NCBI RefSeq assembly: GCF_009914755.1
Contig: NC_060938.1
Length of the DNA stretch: 64,000 nt
Source of the DNA: the human T2T-CHM13v2.0 reference genome, Homo sapiens
Strand: one strand, 5' to 3'
The number at the start of each line of letters is the position of its first letter. Position 1 is the first letter of the stretch. A model generated the notes under the pieces. That model was not told the origin of the DNA. It made no database searches and was given only the letters and a program-made list of their open reading frames with translations. Made by a program: the position numbers and the translations under genes. Positions 24,401-39,500 of the stretch are shown here, piece after piece.

Positions 24401-27400
24401 ATTTGATATGAAGATATTCCCGTTTCCAACGAAATCTTCAAATCTATCCAAATGTCCACTTGCAGATTCAACAGAAAGTGTTTTTCAGAACTGCTCTATC
24501 AAAAGAAAGATCCACCTCTGTTAGCTGAGTTCACACATCACAAACAAGTTTATGAGAATGCTTCTGTCTAGTTTTTATTTGAAGATATTTCCTTTCTCAC
24601 CATAGACCTGAAAGCTGTCCTAATGTTCACTTCCAGTTACTACAGAAAGAGTGTTTCAAAACTGCTGTACGAAAGGGAATGTTCAACTCTGTGACTTGAA
24701 TGCACACATCACAAAGAAGTTTCTGAGGATGCTGCTGTCTACTTTTTATACTTAATCCCGTTTCCAACGAAATCCTCCAAGCTATCCAAATATCCACTTG
24801 CAGATTCCACAGAAAGACTGTTTCAAAACTGCTCTGTCAATAGAAAGGTTCAACTCTGTTAGCTGCGTGCATATATCCCAAAGAAGATTCTGAGATTGCT
24901 TCTGTCTAGTTTTTATGGGAAGATATTTCCCTTTTCACCGTAGGCGTCAAGGCGCTCCAAATGTCCACTTCCAGATACTACAAAAAGAGTGTTTCAAACC
25001 TACTCTGTGAAAGGGAATATTCAACTCTGTGACTTGAATGCACATATCACAAGGAAGTTTCTGAGAATGCTTCTGTCGAGATTTTATATGAAGATATTCC
25101 CGTTTCCAACGAAATCCTGAAATCTATCCAAATATCCCCTCGCAGATTCTACAAAAAGAGTGTTTCAAAACTGCTCTGTAAAAAGAAAAGTTCAACTCTG
25201 TTAGTTGACTACACACATCACAAACAAGTTTCACAGAATGCTTCTTTCTAGCTTGTAGGGGAAGATATTCCCTTTATCACCATGGGCCTCCAACCGTCCG
25301 AAACATCCACTTCCATATACTACAAAAAGAGCGTTTCAAACCTGCTCTATGAAAGGCAATGTTCAACTCTGTGACTTGAATGCAGACATCACAGAGCAGT
25401 TTCTGAGAATGCTTCTGTCTAGATTTTATAGGAAGATATTCCCGTTTCCAACGAAATCTTCACAGCTATCCAAATATCCACTTGCAGATTCTACAAAAAG
25501 AGTGTATCAAAACTGCTCTGTCAAAAGGAAGGTTCTTCTCTGTTAGGTGAGTGCATACGTCATAAAGGAGTTTCTGAGAATGTTTCTGTCTAGTGGTTAT
25601 GGGAAGATATTTGCTTTTTCACCGTAGGCCTCAGAGCGCTCCAAATATCCACTTGCACATACTACAAAAAGAGTGCTTCAAAGCTGGTCTCTGAAACGGA
25701 ATGTTCAACTCTATGAGTTGAATGCAAACATCACAAAGACGTTTCTGAGAATGCTTCTGTCTAGATTTGATATGAAGATATTCCCGTTTCCAACGAAATC
25801 TTCAAATCTATCCAAATGTCCACTTGCAGATTCAACAAAAAGTGTTTTTCAGAACTGCTCTATCAAAAGAAAGATCCACCTCTGTTAGCTGAGTTCACAC
25901 ATCACAAACAAGTTTATGAGAATGCTTCTGTCTAGTTTTTATTTGAAGATATTTCCTTTCTCACCATAGAGCTGAAAGCTGTCCTAATGTTCACTTCCAG
26001 ATACTACAGAAAGAGTGTTTCAAAACTGCTGTACGAAAGGGAATGTTCAACTCTGTGACTTGAATGCACACATCACAAAGAAGTTTCTGAGGATGCTGCT
26101 GTCTACTTTTTATACGTAATCCCGTTTCCAACGAAATCCTCCAAGCTCTCCAAATATCCACTTGCAGATTCCACAGAAAGACTGTTTCAAAACTGCTCTG
26201 TCAATAGAAAGGTTCAACTCTGTTAGCTGCGTGCATATATCCCAAAGAAGATTCTGAGATTGCTTCTGTCTAGTTTTTATGGGAAGATATATCCCTTTTC
26301 ACCGTAGGTGTCAAGGCGCTCCAAATGTCCACTTCCAGATACTACAAAAAGAGTGTTTCAAACCTACTCTGTGAAAGGGAATATTCAACTCTGTGACTTG
26401 AATGCACATATCACAAAGAAGTTTCTGAGAATGCTTCTGTCGAGATTTTATATGAAGATATTCCCGTTTCCAACGAAATCCTGAAATCTATCCAAATATC
26501 CCCTCGCAGATTCTACAAAAAGAGTGTATCAAAACTGCTCTGTAAAAAGAAAGGTTCAACTCTGTTAGTTGAGTACACACATCACAAACAAGTTTCACAC
26601 AATGCTTCTTTCTAGCTTGTAGGGGAAGATATTCCCTTTATCACCATGGGCCTCAAACCGTCTGAAACGTCCACTTCCATATACTACAAAAAGAGCATTT
26701 CAAACCTGCTCTATGAAAGGCAATGTTCAACTCTGTGACTTGAATGCAGACATCACAGAGCAGTTTCTGAGAATGCTTCTGTCTAGATTTTATAGGAAGA
26801 TATTCCCGTTTCCAACGAAATCTTCACAGCTATCCAAATATCCACTTGCAGATTCTACAAAAAGAGTGTATCAAAACTGCTCTGTCAAAAGGAAGGTTCT
26901 TCTCTGTTAGGTGAGTGCATACGTCATAAAGGAGTTTCTGAGAATGTTTCTGTCTAGTGGTTATGGGAAGATATTTGCTTTTTCCCCGTAGGCCTCAGGG
27001 CGCTCCAAATGTCCACTTGCACATGCTACAAAAAGAGTGCTTCAAAGCTGCTCTCTCAAAGGGAATGTTCAACTCTATGAGTTGAATGCAAACATCACAA
27101 AGACGTTTCTGTGAATGCTTCTGTCTAGATTTGATATGAAGATATTCCCGTTTCCAACGAAATCTTCAAATCTATCCAAATGTCCACTTGCAGATTCAAC
27201 AAAAAGTGTTTTTCAGAACTGCTCTATCAAAAGAAAGATCCACCTCTGTTAGCTGAGTTCAGACATCACAAACAAGTTTATGAGAATGCTTCTGTCTAGT
27301 TTTTATTTGAAGATATTTCCTTTCTCACCATAGACCTGAAAGCTGTCCTAATGTTCACTTCCAGTTACTACAGAAAGAGTGTTTCAAAACTGCTGTACGA

Positions 27401-30400
27401 AAGGGAATGTTCAACTCTGTGACTTGAATGCACACATCACAAAGAAGTTTCTGAGGATGCTGCTGTCTACTTTTTATACTTAATCCCGTTTCCAACGAAA
27501 TCCTCCAAGCTATCCAAATATCCACTTGCAGATTCCACAGAAAGACTGTTTCAAAACTGCTCTGTCAATAGAAAGGTTCAACTCTGTTAGCTGCGTGCAT
27601 ATATCCCAAAGAAGATTCTGAGATTGCTTCTGTCTAGTTTTTATGGGAAGATATTTCCCTTTTCACCGTAGGCGTCAAGGCGCTCCAAATGTCCACTTCC
27701 AGATACTACAAAAAGAGTGTTTCAAACCTACTCTGTGAAAGGGAATATTCAACTCTGTGACTTGAATGCACATATCACAAGGAAGTTTCTGAGAATGCTT
27801 CTGTCGAGATTTTATATGAAGATATTCCCGTTTCCAACGAAATCCTGAAATCTATCCAAATATCCCCTCGCAGATTCCACAAAAAGAGTGTTTCAAAACT
27901 GCTCTGTAAAAAGAAAAGTTCAACTCTGTTAGTTGACTACACACATCACAAACAAGTTTCACAGAATGCTTCTTTCTAGCTTGTAGGGGAAGATATTCCC
28001 TTTATCACCATGGGCCTCCAACCGTCCGAAACATCCACTTCCATATACTACAAAAAGAGCGTTTCAAACCTGCTCTATGAAAGGCAATGTTCAACTCTGT
28101 GACTTGAATGCAGACATCACAGAGCAGTTTCTGAGAATGCTTCTGTCTAGATTTTATAGGAAGATATTCCCGTTTCCAACGAAATCTTCACAGCTATCCA
28201 AATATCCACTTGCAGATTCTACAAAAAGAGTGTATCAAAACTGCTCTGTCAAAAGGAAGGTTCTTCTCTGTTAGGTGAGTGCATACGTCATAAAGGAGTT
28301 TCTGAGAATGTTTCTGTCTAGTGGTTATGGGAAGATATTTGCTTTTTCACCGTAGGCCTCAGAGCGCTCCAAATATCCACTTGCACATACTACAAAAAGA
28401 GTGCTTCAAAGCTGGTCTCTGAAACGGAATGTTCAACTCTATGAGTTGAATGCAAACATCACAAAGACGTTTCTGAGAATGCTTCTGTCTAGATTTGATA
28501 TGAAGATATTCCCGTTTCCAACGAAATCTTCAAATCTATCCAAATGTCCACTTGCAGATTCAACAAAAAGTGTTTTTCAGAACTGCTCTATCAAAAGAAA
28601 GATCCACCTCTGTTAGCTGAGTTCACACATCACAAACAAGTTTATGAGAATGCTTCTGTCTAGTTTTTATTTGAAGATATTTCCTTTCTCACCATAGAGC
28701 TGAAAGCTGTCCTAATGTTCACTTCCAGATACTACAGAAAGAGTGTTTCAAAACTGCTGTACGAAAGGGAATGTTCAACTCTGTGACTTGAATGCACACA
28801 TCACAAAGAAGTTTCTGAGGATGCTGCTGTCTACTTTTTATACGTAATCCCGTTTCCAACGAAATCCTCCAAGCTCTCCAAATATCCACTTGCAGATTCC
28901 ACAGAAAGACTGTTTCAAAACTGCTCTGTCAATAGAAAGGTTCAACTCTGTTAGCTGCGTGCATATATCCCAAAGAAGATTCTGAGATTGCTTCTGTCTA
29001 GTTTTTATGGGAAGATATATCCCTTTTCACCGTAGGTGTCAAGGCGCTCCAAATGTCCACTTCCAGATACTACAAAAAGAGTGTTTCAAACCTACTCTGT
29101 GAAAGGGAATATTCAACTCTGTGACTTGAATGCACATATCACAAAGAAGTTTCTGAGAATGCTTCTGTCGAGATTTTATATGAAGATATTCCCGTTTCCA
29201 ACGAAATCCTGAAATCTATCCAAATATCCCCTCGCAGATTCTACAAAAAGAGTGTATCAAAACTGCTCTGTAAAAAGAAAGGTTCAACTCTGTTAGTTGA
29301 GTACACACATCACAAACAAGTTTCACACAATGCTTCTTTCTAGCTTGTAGGGGAAGATATTCCCTTTATCACCATGGGCCTCAAACCGTCTGAAACGTCC
29401 ACTTCCATATACTACAAAAAGAGCATTTCAAACCTGCTCTATGAAAGGCAATGTTCAACTCTGTGACTTGAATGCAGACATCACAGAGCAGTTTCTGAGA
29501 ATGCTTCTGTCTAGATTTTATAGGAAGATATTCCCGTTTCCAACGAAATCTTCACAGCTATCCAAATATCCACTTGCAGATTCTACAAAAAGAGTGTATC
29601 AAAACTGCTCTGTCAAAAGGAAGGTTCTTCTCTGTTAGGTGAGTGCATACGTCATAAAGGAGTTTCTGAGAATGTTTCTGTCTAGTGGTTATGGGAAGAT
29701 ATTTGCTTTTTCCCCGTAGGCCTCAGGGCGCTCCAAATGTCCACTTGCACATGCTACAAAAAGAGTGCTTCAAAGCTGCTCTCTCAAAGGGAATGTTCAA
29801 CTCTATGAGTTGAATGCAAACATCACAAAGACGTTTCTGTGAATGCTTCTGTCTAGATTTGATATGAAGATATTCCCGTTTCCAACGAAATCTTCAAATC
29901 TATCCAAATGTCCACTTGCAGATTCAACAAAAAGTGTTTTTCAGAACTGCTCTATCAAAAGAAAGATCCACCTCTGTTAGCTGAGTTCAGACATCACAAA
30001 CAAGTTTATGAGAATGCTTCTGTCTAGTTTTTATTTGAAGATATTTCCTTTCTCACCATAGACCTGAAAGCTGTCCTAATGTTCACTTCCAGTTACTACA
30101 GAAAGAGTGTTTCAAAACTGCTGTACGAAAGGGAATGTTCAACTCTGTGACTTGAATGCACACATCACAAAGAAGTTTCTGAGGATGCTGCTGTCTACTT
30201 TTTATACTTAATCCCGTTTCCAACGAAATCCTCCAAGCTATCCAAATATCCACTTGCAGATTCCACAGAAAGACTGTTTCAAAACTGCTCTGTCAATAGA
30301 AAGGTTCAACTCTGTTAGCTGCGTGCATATATCCCAAAGAAGATTCTGAGATTGCTTCTGTCTAGTTTTTATGGGAAGATATTTCCCTTTTCACCGTAGG

Positions 30401-32200
30401 CGTCAAGGCGCTCCAAATGTCCACTTCCAGATACTACAAAAACAGTGTTTCAAACCTACTCTGTGAAAGGGAATATTCAACTCTGTGACTTGAATGCACA
30501 TATCACAAGGAAGTTTCTGAGAATTCTTCTGTCGAGATTTTATATGAAGATATTCCCGTTTCCAACGAAATCCTGAAATCTATCCAAATATCCCCTCGCA
30601 GATTCTACAAAAAGAGTGTTTCAAAACTGCTCTGTAAAAAGAAACGTTCAACTCTGTTAGTTGAGTACACACATCACAAACAAGTTTCACAGAATGCTTC
30701 TTTCTAGCTTGTAGGGGAAGATATTCCCTTTATCACCATGGGCCTCCAACCGTCCGAAACATCCACTTCCATATACTACAAAAAGAGCGTTTCAAACCTG
30801 CTCTATGAAAGGCAATGTTCAACTCTGTGACTTGAATGCAGACATCACAGAGCAGTTTCTGAGAATGCTTCTGTCTAGATTTTATAGGAAGATATTCCCG
30901 TTTCCAACGAAATCTTCACAGCTATCCAAATATCCACTTGCAGATTCTACAAAAAGAGTGTATCAAAACTGCTCTGTCAAAAGGAAGGTTCTTCTCTGTT
31001 AGGTGAGTGCATACGTCATAAAGGAGTTTCTGAGAATGTTTCTGTCTAGTGGTTATGGGAAGATATTTGCTTTTTCACCGTAGGCCTCAGAGCGCTCCAA
31101 ATATCCACTTGCACATACTACAAAAAGAGTGCTTCAAAGCTGGTCTCTGAAACGGAATGTTCAACTCTATGAGTTGAATGCAAACATCACAAAGACGTTT
31201 CTGAGAATGCTTCTGTCTAGATTTGATATGAAGATATTCCCGTTTCCAACGAAATCTTCAAATCTATCCAAATGTCCACTTGCAGATTCAACAAAAAGTG
31301 TTTTTCAGAACTGCTCTATCAAAAGAAAGATCCACCTCTGTTAGCTGAGTTCACACATCACAAACAAGTTTATGAGAATGCTTCTGTCTAGTTTTTATTT
31401 GAAGATATTTCCTTTCTCACCATAGAGCTGAAAGCTGTCCTAATGTTCACTTCCAGATACTACAGAAAGAGTGTTTCAAAACTGCTGTACGAAAGGGAAT
31501 GTTCAACTCTGTGACTTGAATGCACACATCACAAAGAAGTTTCTGAGGATGCTGCTGTCTACTTTTTATACGTAATCCCGTTTCCAACGAAATCCTCCAA
31601 GCTATCCAAATATCCACTTGCAGATTCCACAGAAAGACTGTTTCAAAACTGCTCTGTCAATAGAAAGGTTCAACTCTGTTAGCTGCGTGCATATATCCCA
31701 AAGAAGATTCTGAGATTGCTTCTGTCTAGTTTTTATGGGAAGATATTTCCCTTTTCACCGTAGGTGTCAAGGCGCTCCAAATGTCCACTTCCAGATCCTA
31801 CAAAAAGAGTGTTTCAAACCTACTCTGTGAAAGGGAATATTCAACTCTGTGACTTGAATGCACATATCACAAAGAAGTTTCTGAGAATGCTTCTGTCGAG
31901 ATTTTATATGAAGATATTCCCGTTTCCAACGAAATCCTGAAATGTATCCAAATATCCCCTCGCAGATTCTACAAAAAGAGTGTTTCAAAACTGCTCTGTA
32001 AAAAGAAAGGTTCAACTCTGTTAGTTGAGTACACACATCACAAATAAGTTTCACACAATGCTTCTTTCTAGCTTGTAGGGGAAGATATTCCCTTTATCAC
32101 CATGGGCCTCAAACCGTCTGAAACGTCCACTTCCATATACTACAAAAAGAGCATTTCAAACCTGCTCTATGAAAGGCAATGTTCAACTCTGTGACTTGAA
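15430..32200. repeat. Tandem duplication of a 6-HOR (8184-bp) block
   Basis: Rare SNVs repeat at an 8184-bp offset: gcacacatcacagag (15837/24021), catcgcaaag plus caacagaaagt (ORFs 16125/24309), aaaaacagtg (~22259/~30443), agatccta (~23613/~31797), gattccacaaaa (~19694/~27878). Confidence 0.88.
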
Positions 32201-33540
32201 TGCAGACATCACAGAGCAGTTTCTGAGAATGCTTCTGTCTAGATTTTATAGGAAGATATTCCCGTTTCCAACGAAATCTTCACAGCTATCCAAATATCCA
32301 CTTGCAGATTCTACAAAAAGAGTGTATCAAAACTGCTCTGTCAAAAGGAAGGTTCTTCTCTGTTAGGTGAGTGCATACGTCATAAAGGAGTTTCTGAGAA
32401 TGTTTCTGTCTAGTGGTTATGGGAAGATATTTGCTTTTTCACCGTAGGCCTCAGGGCGCTCCAAATGTCCACTTGCACATGCTACAAAAAGAGTGCTTCA
32501 AAGCTGCTCTCTGAAAGGGAATGTTCAACTCTATGAGTTGAATGCAAACATCACAAAGACGTTTCTGAGAATGCTTCTGTCTAGATTTGATATGAAGATA
32601 TTCCCGTTTCCAACGAAATCTTCAAATCTATCCAAATGTCCACTTGCAGATTCAACAAAAAGTGTTTTTCAGAACTGCTCTATCAAAAGAAAGATCCACC
32701 TCTGTTAGCTGAGTTCAGACATCACAAACAAGTTTATGAGAATGCTTCTGTCTAGTTTTTATTTGAAGATATTTCCTTTCTCACCATAGACCTGAAAGCT
32801 GTCCTAATGTTCACTTCCAGTTACTACAGAAAGAGTGTTTCAAAACTGCTGTACGAAAGGGAATGTTCAACTCTGTGACTTGAATGCACACATCACAAAG
32901 AAGTTTCTGAGGATGCTGCTGTCTACTTTTTATACTTAATCCCGTTTCCAACGAAATCCTCCAAGCTATCCAAATATCTACTTGCAGATTCCACAGAAAG
33001 ACTGTTTCAAAACTGCTCTGTCAATAGAAAGGTTCAACTCTGTTAGCTGCGTGCATATATCCCAAAGAAGATTCTGAGATTGCTTCTGTCTAGTTTTTAT
33101 GGGAAGATATTTCCCTTTTCACCGTAGGCGTCCAGGCGCTCCAAATGTCCACTTCCAGATACTACAAAAAGAGTGTTTCAAACCTACTCTGTGAAAGGGA
33201 ATATTCAACTCTGTGACTTGAATGCACATATCACAAGGAAGTTTCTGAGAATGCTTCTGTCGAGATTTTATATGAAGATATTCTCGTTTACAACGAAATC
33301 CTGAAATCTATCCAAATATCCCCTCGCAGATTCTACAAAAAGAGTGTTTCAAAACTGCTCTGTAAAAAGAAAGGTTCAACTCTGTTAGTTGAGTACACAC
33401 ATCACAAACAAGTTTCACAGAATGCTTCTTTCTAGCTTGTAGGGGAAGATATTCCCTTTATCACCATGGGCCTCCAACCGTCCGAAACATCCACTTCCAT
33501 ATACTACAAAAAGAGCGTTTCAAACCTGCTCTATGAAAGC

Positions 33541-36500
33541 CAATGTTCAAGTCTGTGACTTGAATGCAGACATCACAGAGCAGTTTCTGAGAATGCTTCT
33601 GTCTAGATTTTATAGGAAGATATTCCCGTTTCCAACGAAATCTTCACAGCTATCCAAATATCCACTTGCAGATTCTACAAAAAGAGTGTATCAAAACTGC
33701 TCTGTCAAAAGGAAGGTTCTTCTCTGTTAGGTGAGTGCATACGTCATAAAGGAGTTTCTGAGAATGTTTCTGTCTAGTGGTTATGGGAAGATATTTGCTT
33801 TTTCACCGTAGGCCTCAGAGCGCTCCAAATATCCACTTGCACATACTACAAAAAGAGTGCTTCAAAGCTGCTCTCTGAAACGGAATGTTCAACTCTATGA
33901 GTTGAATGCAAACATCACAAAGACGTTTCTGAGAATGCTTCTGTCTAGATTTGATATGAAGATATTCCCGTTTCCAACGAAATCTTCAAATCTATCCAAA
34001 TGTCCACTTGCAGATTCAACAAAAAGTGTTTTTCAGAACTGCTCTATCAAAAGAAAGATCCACCTCTGTTAGCTGAGTTCAGACATCACAAACAAGTTTA
34101 TGAGAATGCTTCTGTCTAGTTTTTATTTGAAGATATTTCCTTTCTCACCATAGACCTGAAAGCTGTCCTAATGTTCACTTCCAGTTACTACAGAAAGAGT
34201 GTTTCAAAACTGCTGTATGAAAGGGAATGTTCAACTCTGTGACTTGAATGCACACATCACAAAGAAGTTTCTGAGGATGCTGCTGTCTACTTTTTATACT
34301 TAATCCCGTTTCCAACGAAATCCTCCAAGCTATCCAAATATCCACTTGCAGATTCCACAGAAAGACTGTTTCAAAACTGCTCTGTCAATAGAAAGGTTCA
34401 ACTCTGTTAGCTGCGTGCATATATCCCAAAGAAGATTCTGAGATTGCTTCTGTCTAGTTTTTATGGGAAGATATTTCCCTTTTCACCGTAGGCGTCAAGG
34501 CGCTCCAAATGTCCACTTCCAGATACTACAAAAAGAGTGTTTCAAACCTACTCTGTGAAAGGGAATATTCAACTCTGTGACTTGAATGCACATATCACAA
34601 GGAAGTTTCTGAGAATGCTTCTGTCGAGATTTTATATGAAGATATTCCCGTTTCCAACGAAATCCTGAAATCTATCCAAATATCCCCTCGCAGATTCTAC
34701 AAAAAGAGTGTTTCAAAACTGCTCTGTAAAAAGAAAGGTTCAACTCTGTTAGTTGAGTACACACATCACAAACAAGTTTCACAGAATGCTTCTTTCTAGC
34801 TTGTAGGGGAAGATATTCCCTTTATCACCATGGGCCTCAAACCGTCCGATAAGTCCACTTCCATATACTACAAAAAGAGCGTTTCAAACCTGCTCTAGGA
34901 AAGGCAATGTTCAACTCTGTGACTTGAATGCAGACATCACAGAGCAGTTTCTGAGAATGCTTCTGTCTAGATTTTATAGGAAGATATTCCCGTTTCCAAC
35001 GAAATCTTCACAGCTATCCAAATATCCACTTGCAGATTCTACAAAAAGAGTGTATCAAAACTGCTCTGTCAAAAGGAAGGTTCTTCTCTGTTAGGTGAGT
35101 GCATACGTCATAAAGGAGTTTCTGAGAATGTTTCTGTCTAGTGGTTATGGGAAGATATTTGCTTTTTCCCCGTAGGCCTCAGGGCGCTCCAAATGTCCAC
35201 TTGCACATGCTACAAAAAGAGTGCTTCAAAGCTGCTCTCTGAAAGGGAATGTTCAACTCTATGAGTTGAATGCAAACATCACAAAGACGTTTCTGAGAAT
35301 GCTTCTGTCTAGATTTGATATGAAGATATTCCCGTTTCCAACGAAATCTTCAAATCTATCCAAATGTCCACTTGCAGATTCAACAAAAAGTGTTTTTCAG
35401 AACTGCTCTATCAAAAGAAAGATCCACCTCTGTTAGCTGAGTTCAGACATCACAAACAAGTTTATGAGAATGCTTCTGTCTAGTTTTTATTTGAAGATAT
35501 TTCCTTTCTCACCATAGACCTGAAAGCTGTCCTAATGTTCACTTCCAGTTACTACAGAAAGAGTGTTTCAAAACTGCTGTACGAAAGGGAATGTTCAACT
35601 CTGTGACTTGAATGCACACATCACAAAGAAGTTTCTGAGGATGCTGCTGTCTACTTTTTATACTTAATCCCGTTTCCAACGAAATCCTCCAAGCTATCCA
35701 AATATCCACTTGCAGATTCCACAGAAAGACTGTTTCAAAACTGCTCTGTCAATAGAAAGGTTCAACTCTGTTAGCTGCGTGCATATATCCCAAAGAAGAT
35801 TCTGAGATTGCTTCTGTCTAGTTTTTATGGGAAGATATTTCCCTTTTCACCGTAGGCGTCAAGGCGCTCCAAATGTCCACTTCCAGATACTACAAAAAGA
35901 GTGTTTCAAACCTACTCTGTGAAAGGGAATATTCAACTCTGTGACTTGAATGCACATATCACAAGGAAGTTTCTGAGAATGCTTCTGTCGAGATTTTATA
36001 TGAAGATATTCCCGTTTCCAACGAAATCCTGAAATCTATCCAAATATCCCCTCGCAGATTCTACAAAAAGAGTGTTTCAAAACTGCTCTGTAAAAAGAAA
36101 GGTTCAACTCTGTTAGTTGAGTACACACATCACAAACAAGTTTCACAGAATGCTTCTTTCTAGCTTGTAGGGGAAGATATTCCCTTTATCACCATGGGCC
36201 TCAAACCGTCCGATAAGTCCACTTCCATATACTACAAAAAGAGCGTTTCAAACCTGCTCTAGGAAAGGCAATGTTCAACTCTGTGACTTGAATGCAGACA
36301 TCACAGAGCAGTTTCTGAGAATGCTCCTGTCTAGATTTTATAGGAAGATATTCCCGTTTCCAACGAAATCTTCACAGCTATCCAAATATCCACTTGCAGA
36401 TTCTACAAAAAGAGTGTATCAAAACTGCTCTGTCAAAAGGAAGGTTCTTCTCTGTTAGGTGAGTGCATACGTCATAAAGGAGTTTCTGAGAATGTTTCTG

Positions 36501-39500
36501 TCTAGTGGTTATGGGAAGATATTTGCTTTTTCACCGTAGGCCTCAGAGCGCTCCAAATATCCACTTGCACATACTACAAAAAGAGTGCTTCAAAGCTGGT
36601 CTCTGAAACGGAATGTTCAACTCTATGAGTTGAATGCAAACATCACAAAGACGTTTCTGAGAATGCTTCTGTCTAGATTTGATATGAAGATATTCCCGTT
36701 TCCAACGAAATCTTCAAATCTATCCAAATGTCCACTTGCAGTTTCAACAAAAAGTGTTTTTCAGAACTGCTCTATCAAAAGAAAGATCCACCTCTGTTAG
36801 CTGAGTTCACACATCACAAACAAGTTTATGAGAATGCTTCTGTCTAGTTTTTATTTGAAGATATTTCCTTTCTCACCATAGAGCTGAAAGCTGTCCTAAT
36901 GTTCACTTCCAGATACTACAGAAAGAGTGTTTCAAAACTGCTGTACGAAAGGGAATGTTCAACTCTGTGACTTGAATGCACACATCACAAAGAAGTTTCT
37001 GAGTATGCTGCTGTCTACTTTTTATACGTAATCCCGTTTCCAACGAAATCCTCCAAGCTATCCAAATATCCACTTGCAGATTCCACAGAAAGACTGTTTC
37101 AAAACTGCTCTGTCAATAGAAAGGTTCAACTCTGTTAGCTGCGTGCATATATCCCAAAGAAGATTCTGAGATTGCTTCTGTCTAGTTTTTATGGGAAGAT
37201 ATTTCCCTTTTCACCGTAGGTGTCAAGGCGCTCCAAATGTCCACTTCCAGATACTACAAAAAGAGTGTTTCAAACCTACTCTGTGAAAGGGAATATTCAA
37301 CTCTCTGACTTGAATGCACATATCACAAAGAAGTTTCTGAGAATGCTTCTGTCGAGATTTTATATGAAGATATTCCCGTTTCCAACGAAATCCTGAAATG
37401 TATCCAAATATCCCCTCGCAGATTCTACAAAAAGAGTGTTTCAAAACTGCTCTGTAAAAAGAAAGGTTCAACTCTGTTAGTTGAGTACACACATCACAAA
37501 TAAGTTTCACACAATGCTTCTTTCTAGCTTCTAGGGGAAGATATTCCCTTTATCACCATGGGCCTCAAACCGTCTGAAACGTCCACTTCCATATACTACA
37601 AAAAGAGCATTTCAAACCTGCTCTATGAAAGGCAATGTTCAACTCTGTGACTTGAATGCAGACATCACAGAGCAGTTTCTGAGAATGCTTCTGTCTAGAT
37701 TTTATAGGAAGATATTCCCGTTTCCAACGAAATCTTCACAGCTATCCAAATATCCACTTGCAGATTCTACAAAAAGAGTGTATCAAAACTGCTCTGTCAA
37801 AAGGAAGGTTCTTCTCTGTTAGGTGAGTGCATACGTCATAAAGGAGTTTCTGAGAATGTTTCTGTCTAGTGGTTATGGGAAGATATTTGCTTTTTCCCCG
37901 TAGGCCTCAGGGCGCTCCAAATGTCCACTTGCACATGCTACAAAAAGAGTGCTTCAAAGCTGCTCTCTGAAAGGGAATGTTCAACTCTATGAGTTGAATG
38001 CAAACATCACAAAGACGTTTCTGAGAATGCTTCTGTCTAGATTTGATATGAAGATATTCCCGTTTCCAACGAAATCTTCAAATCTATCCAAATGTCCACT
38101 TGCAGATTCAACAAAAAGTGTTTTTCAGAACTGCTCTATCAAAAGAAAGGTCCACCTCTGTTAGCTGAGTTCAGACATCACAAACAAGTTTATGAGAATG
38201 CTTCTGTCTAGTTTTTATTTGAAGATATTTCCTTTCTCACCATAGACCTGAAAGCTGTCCTAATGTTCACTTCCAGTTACTACAGAAAGAGTGTTTCAAA
38301 ACTGCTGTACGAAAGGGAATGTTCAACTCTGTGACTTGAATGCACACATCACAAAGAAGTTTCTGAGGATGCTGCTGTCTACTTTTTATACTTAATCCCG
38401 TTTCCAACGAAATCCTCCAAGCTATCCAAATATCCACTTGCAGATTCCACAGAAAGACTGTTTCAAAACTGCTCTGTCAATAGAAAGGTTCAACTCTGTT
38501 AGCTGCGTGCATATATCCCAAAGAAGATTCTGAGATTGCTTCTGTCTAGTTTTTATGGGAAGATATTTCCCTTTTCACCGTAGGCGTCCAGGCGCTCCAA
38601 ATGTCCACTTCCAGATACTACAAAAAGAGTGTTTCAAACCTACTCTGTGAAAGGGAATATTCAACTCTGTGACTTGAATGCACATATCACAAGGAAGTTT
38701 CTGAGAATGCTTCTGTCGAGATTTTATATGAAGATATTCCCGTTTCCAACGAAATCCTGAAATGTATCCAAATATCCCCTCGCAGATTCTACAAAAAGAG
38801 TGTTTCAAAACTGCTCTGTAAAAAGGAAGGTTCAACTCTGTTAGTTGAGTACACACATCACAAACAAGTTTCACAGAATGCTTCTTTCTAGCTTGTAGGG
38901 GAAGATATTCCCTTTATCACCATGGGCCTCCAACCGTCCGAAACATCCACTTCCATATACTACAAAAAGAGCGTTTCAAACCTGCTCTATGAAAGGCAAT
39001 GTTCAAGTCTGTGACTTGAATGCAGACATCACAGAGCAGTTTCTGAGAATGCTTCTGTCTAGATTTTATAGGAAGATATTCCCGTTTCCAACGAAATCTT
39101 CACAGCTATCCAAATATCCACTTGCAGATTCTACAAAAAGAGTGTATCAAAACTGCTCTGTCAAAAGGAAGGTTCTTCTCTGTTAGGTGAGTGCATACGT
39201 CATAAAGGAGTTTCTGAGAATGTTTCTGTCTAGTGGTTATGGGAAGATATTTGCTTTTTCACCGTAGGCCTCAGAGCGCTCCAAATATCCACTTGCACAT
39301 ACTACAAAAAGAGTGCTTCAAAGCTGCTCTCTGAAACGGAATGTTCAACTCTATGAGTTGAATGCAAACATCACAAAGACGTTTCTGAGAATGCTTCTGT
39401 CTAGATTTGATATGAAGATATTCCCGTTTCCAACGAAATCTTCAAATCTATCCAAATGTCCACTTGCAGATTCAACAAAAAGTGTTTTTCAGAACTGCTC

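Noticed and set aside
3078-30526. Sporadic EcoRI sites (gaattc at ~3078, ~6801, ~22337, ~30521)
   Set aside because: These are single point variants. The last two are copies from the 8184-bp duplication and have no independent significance.
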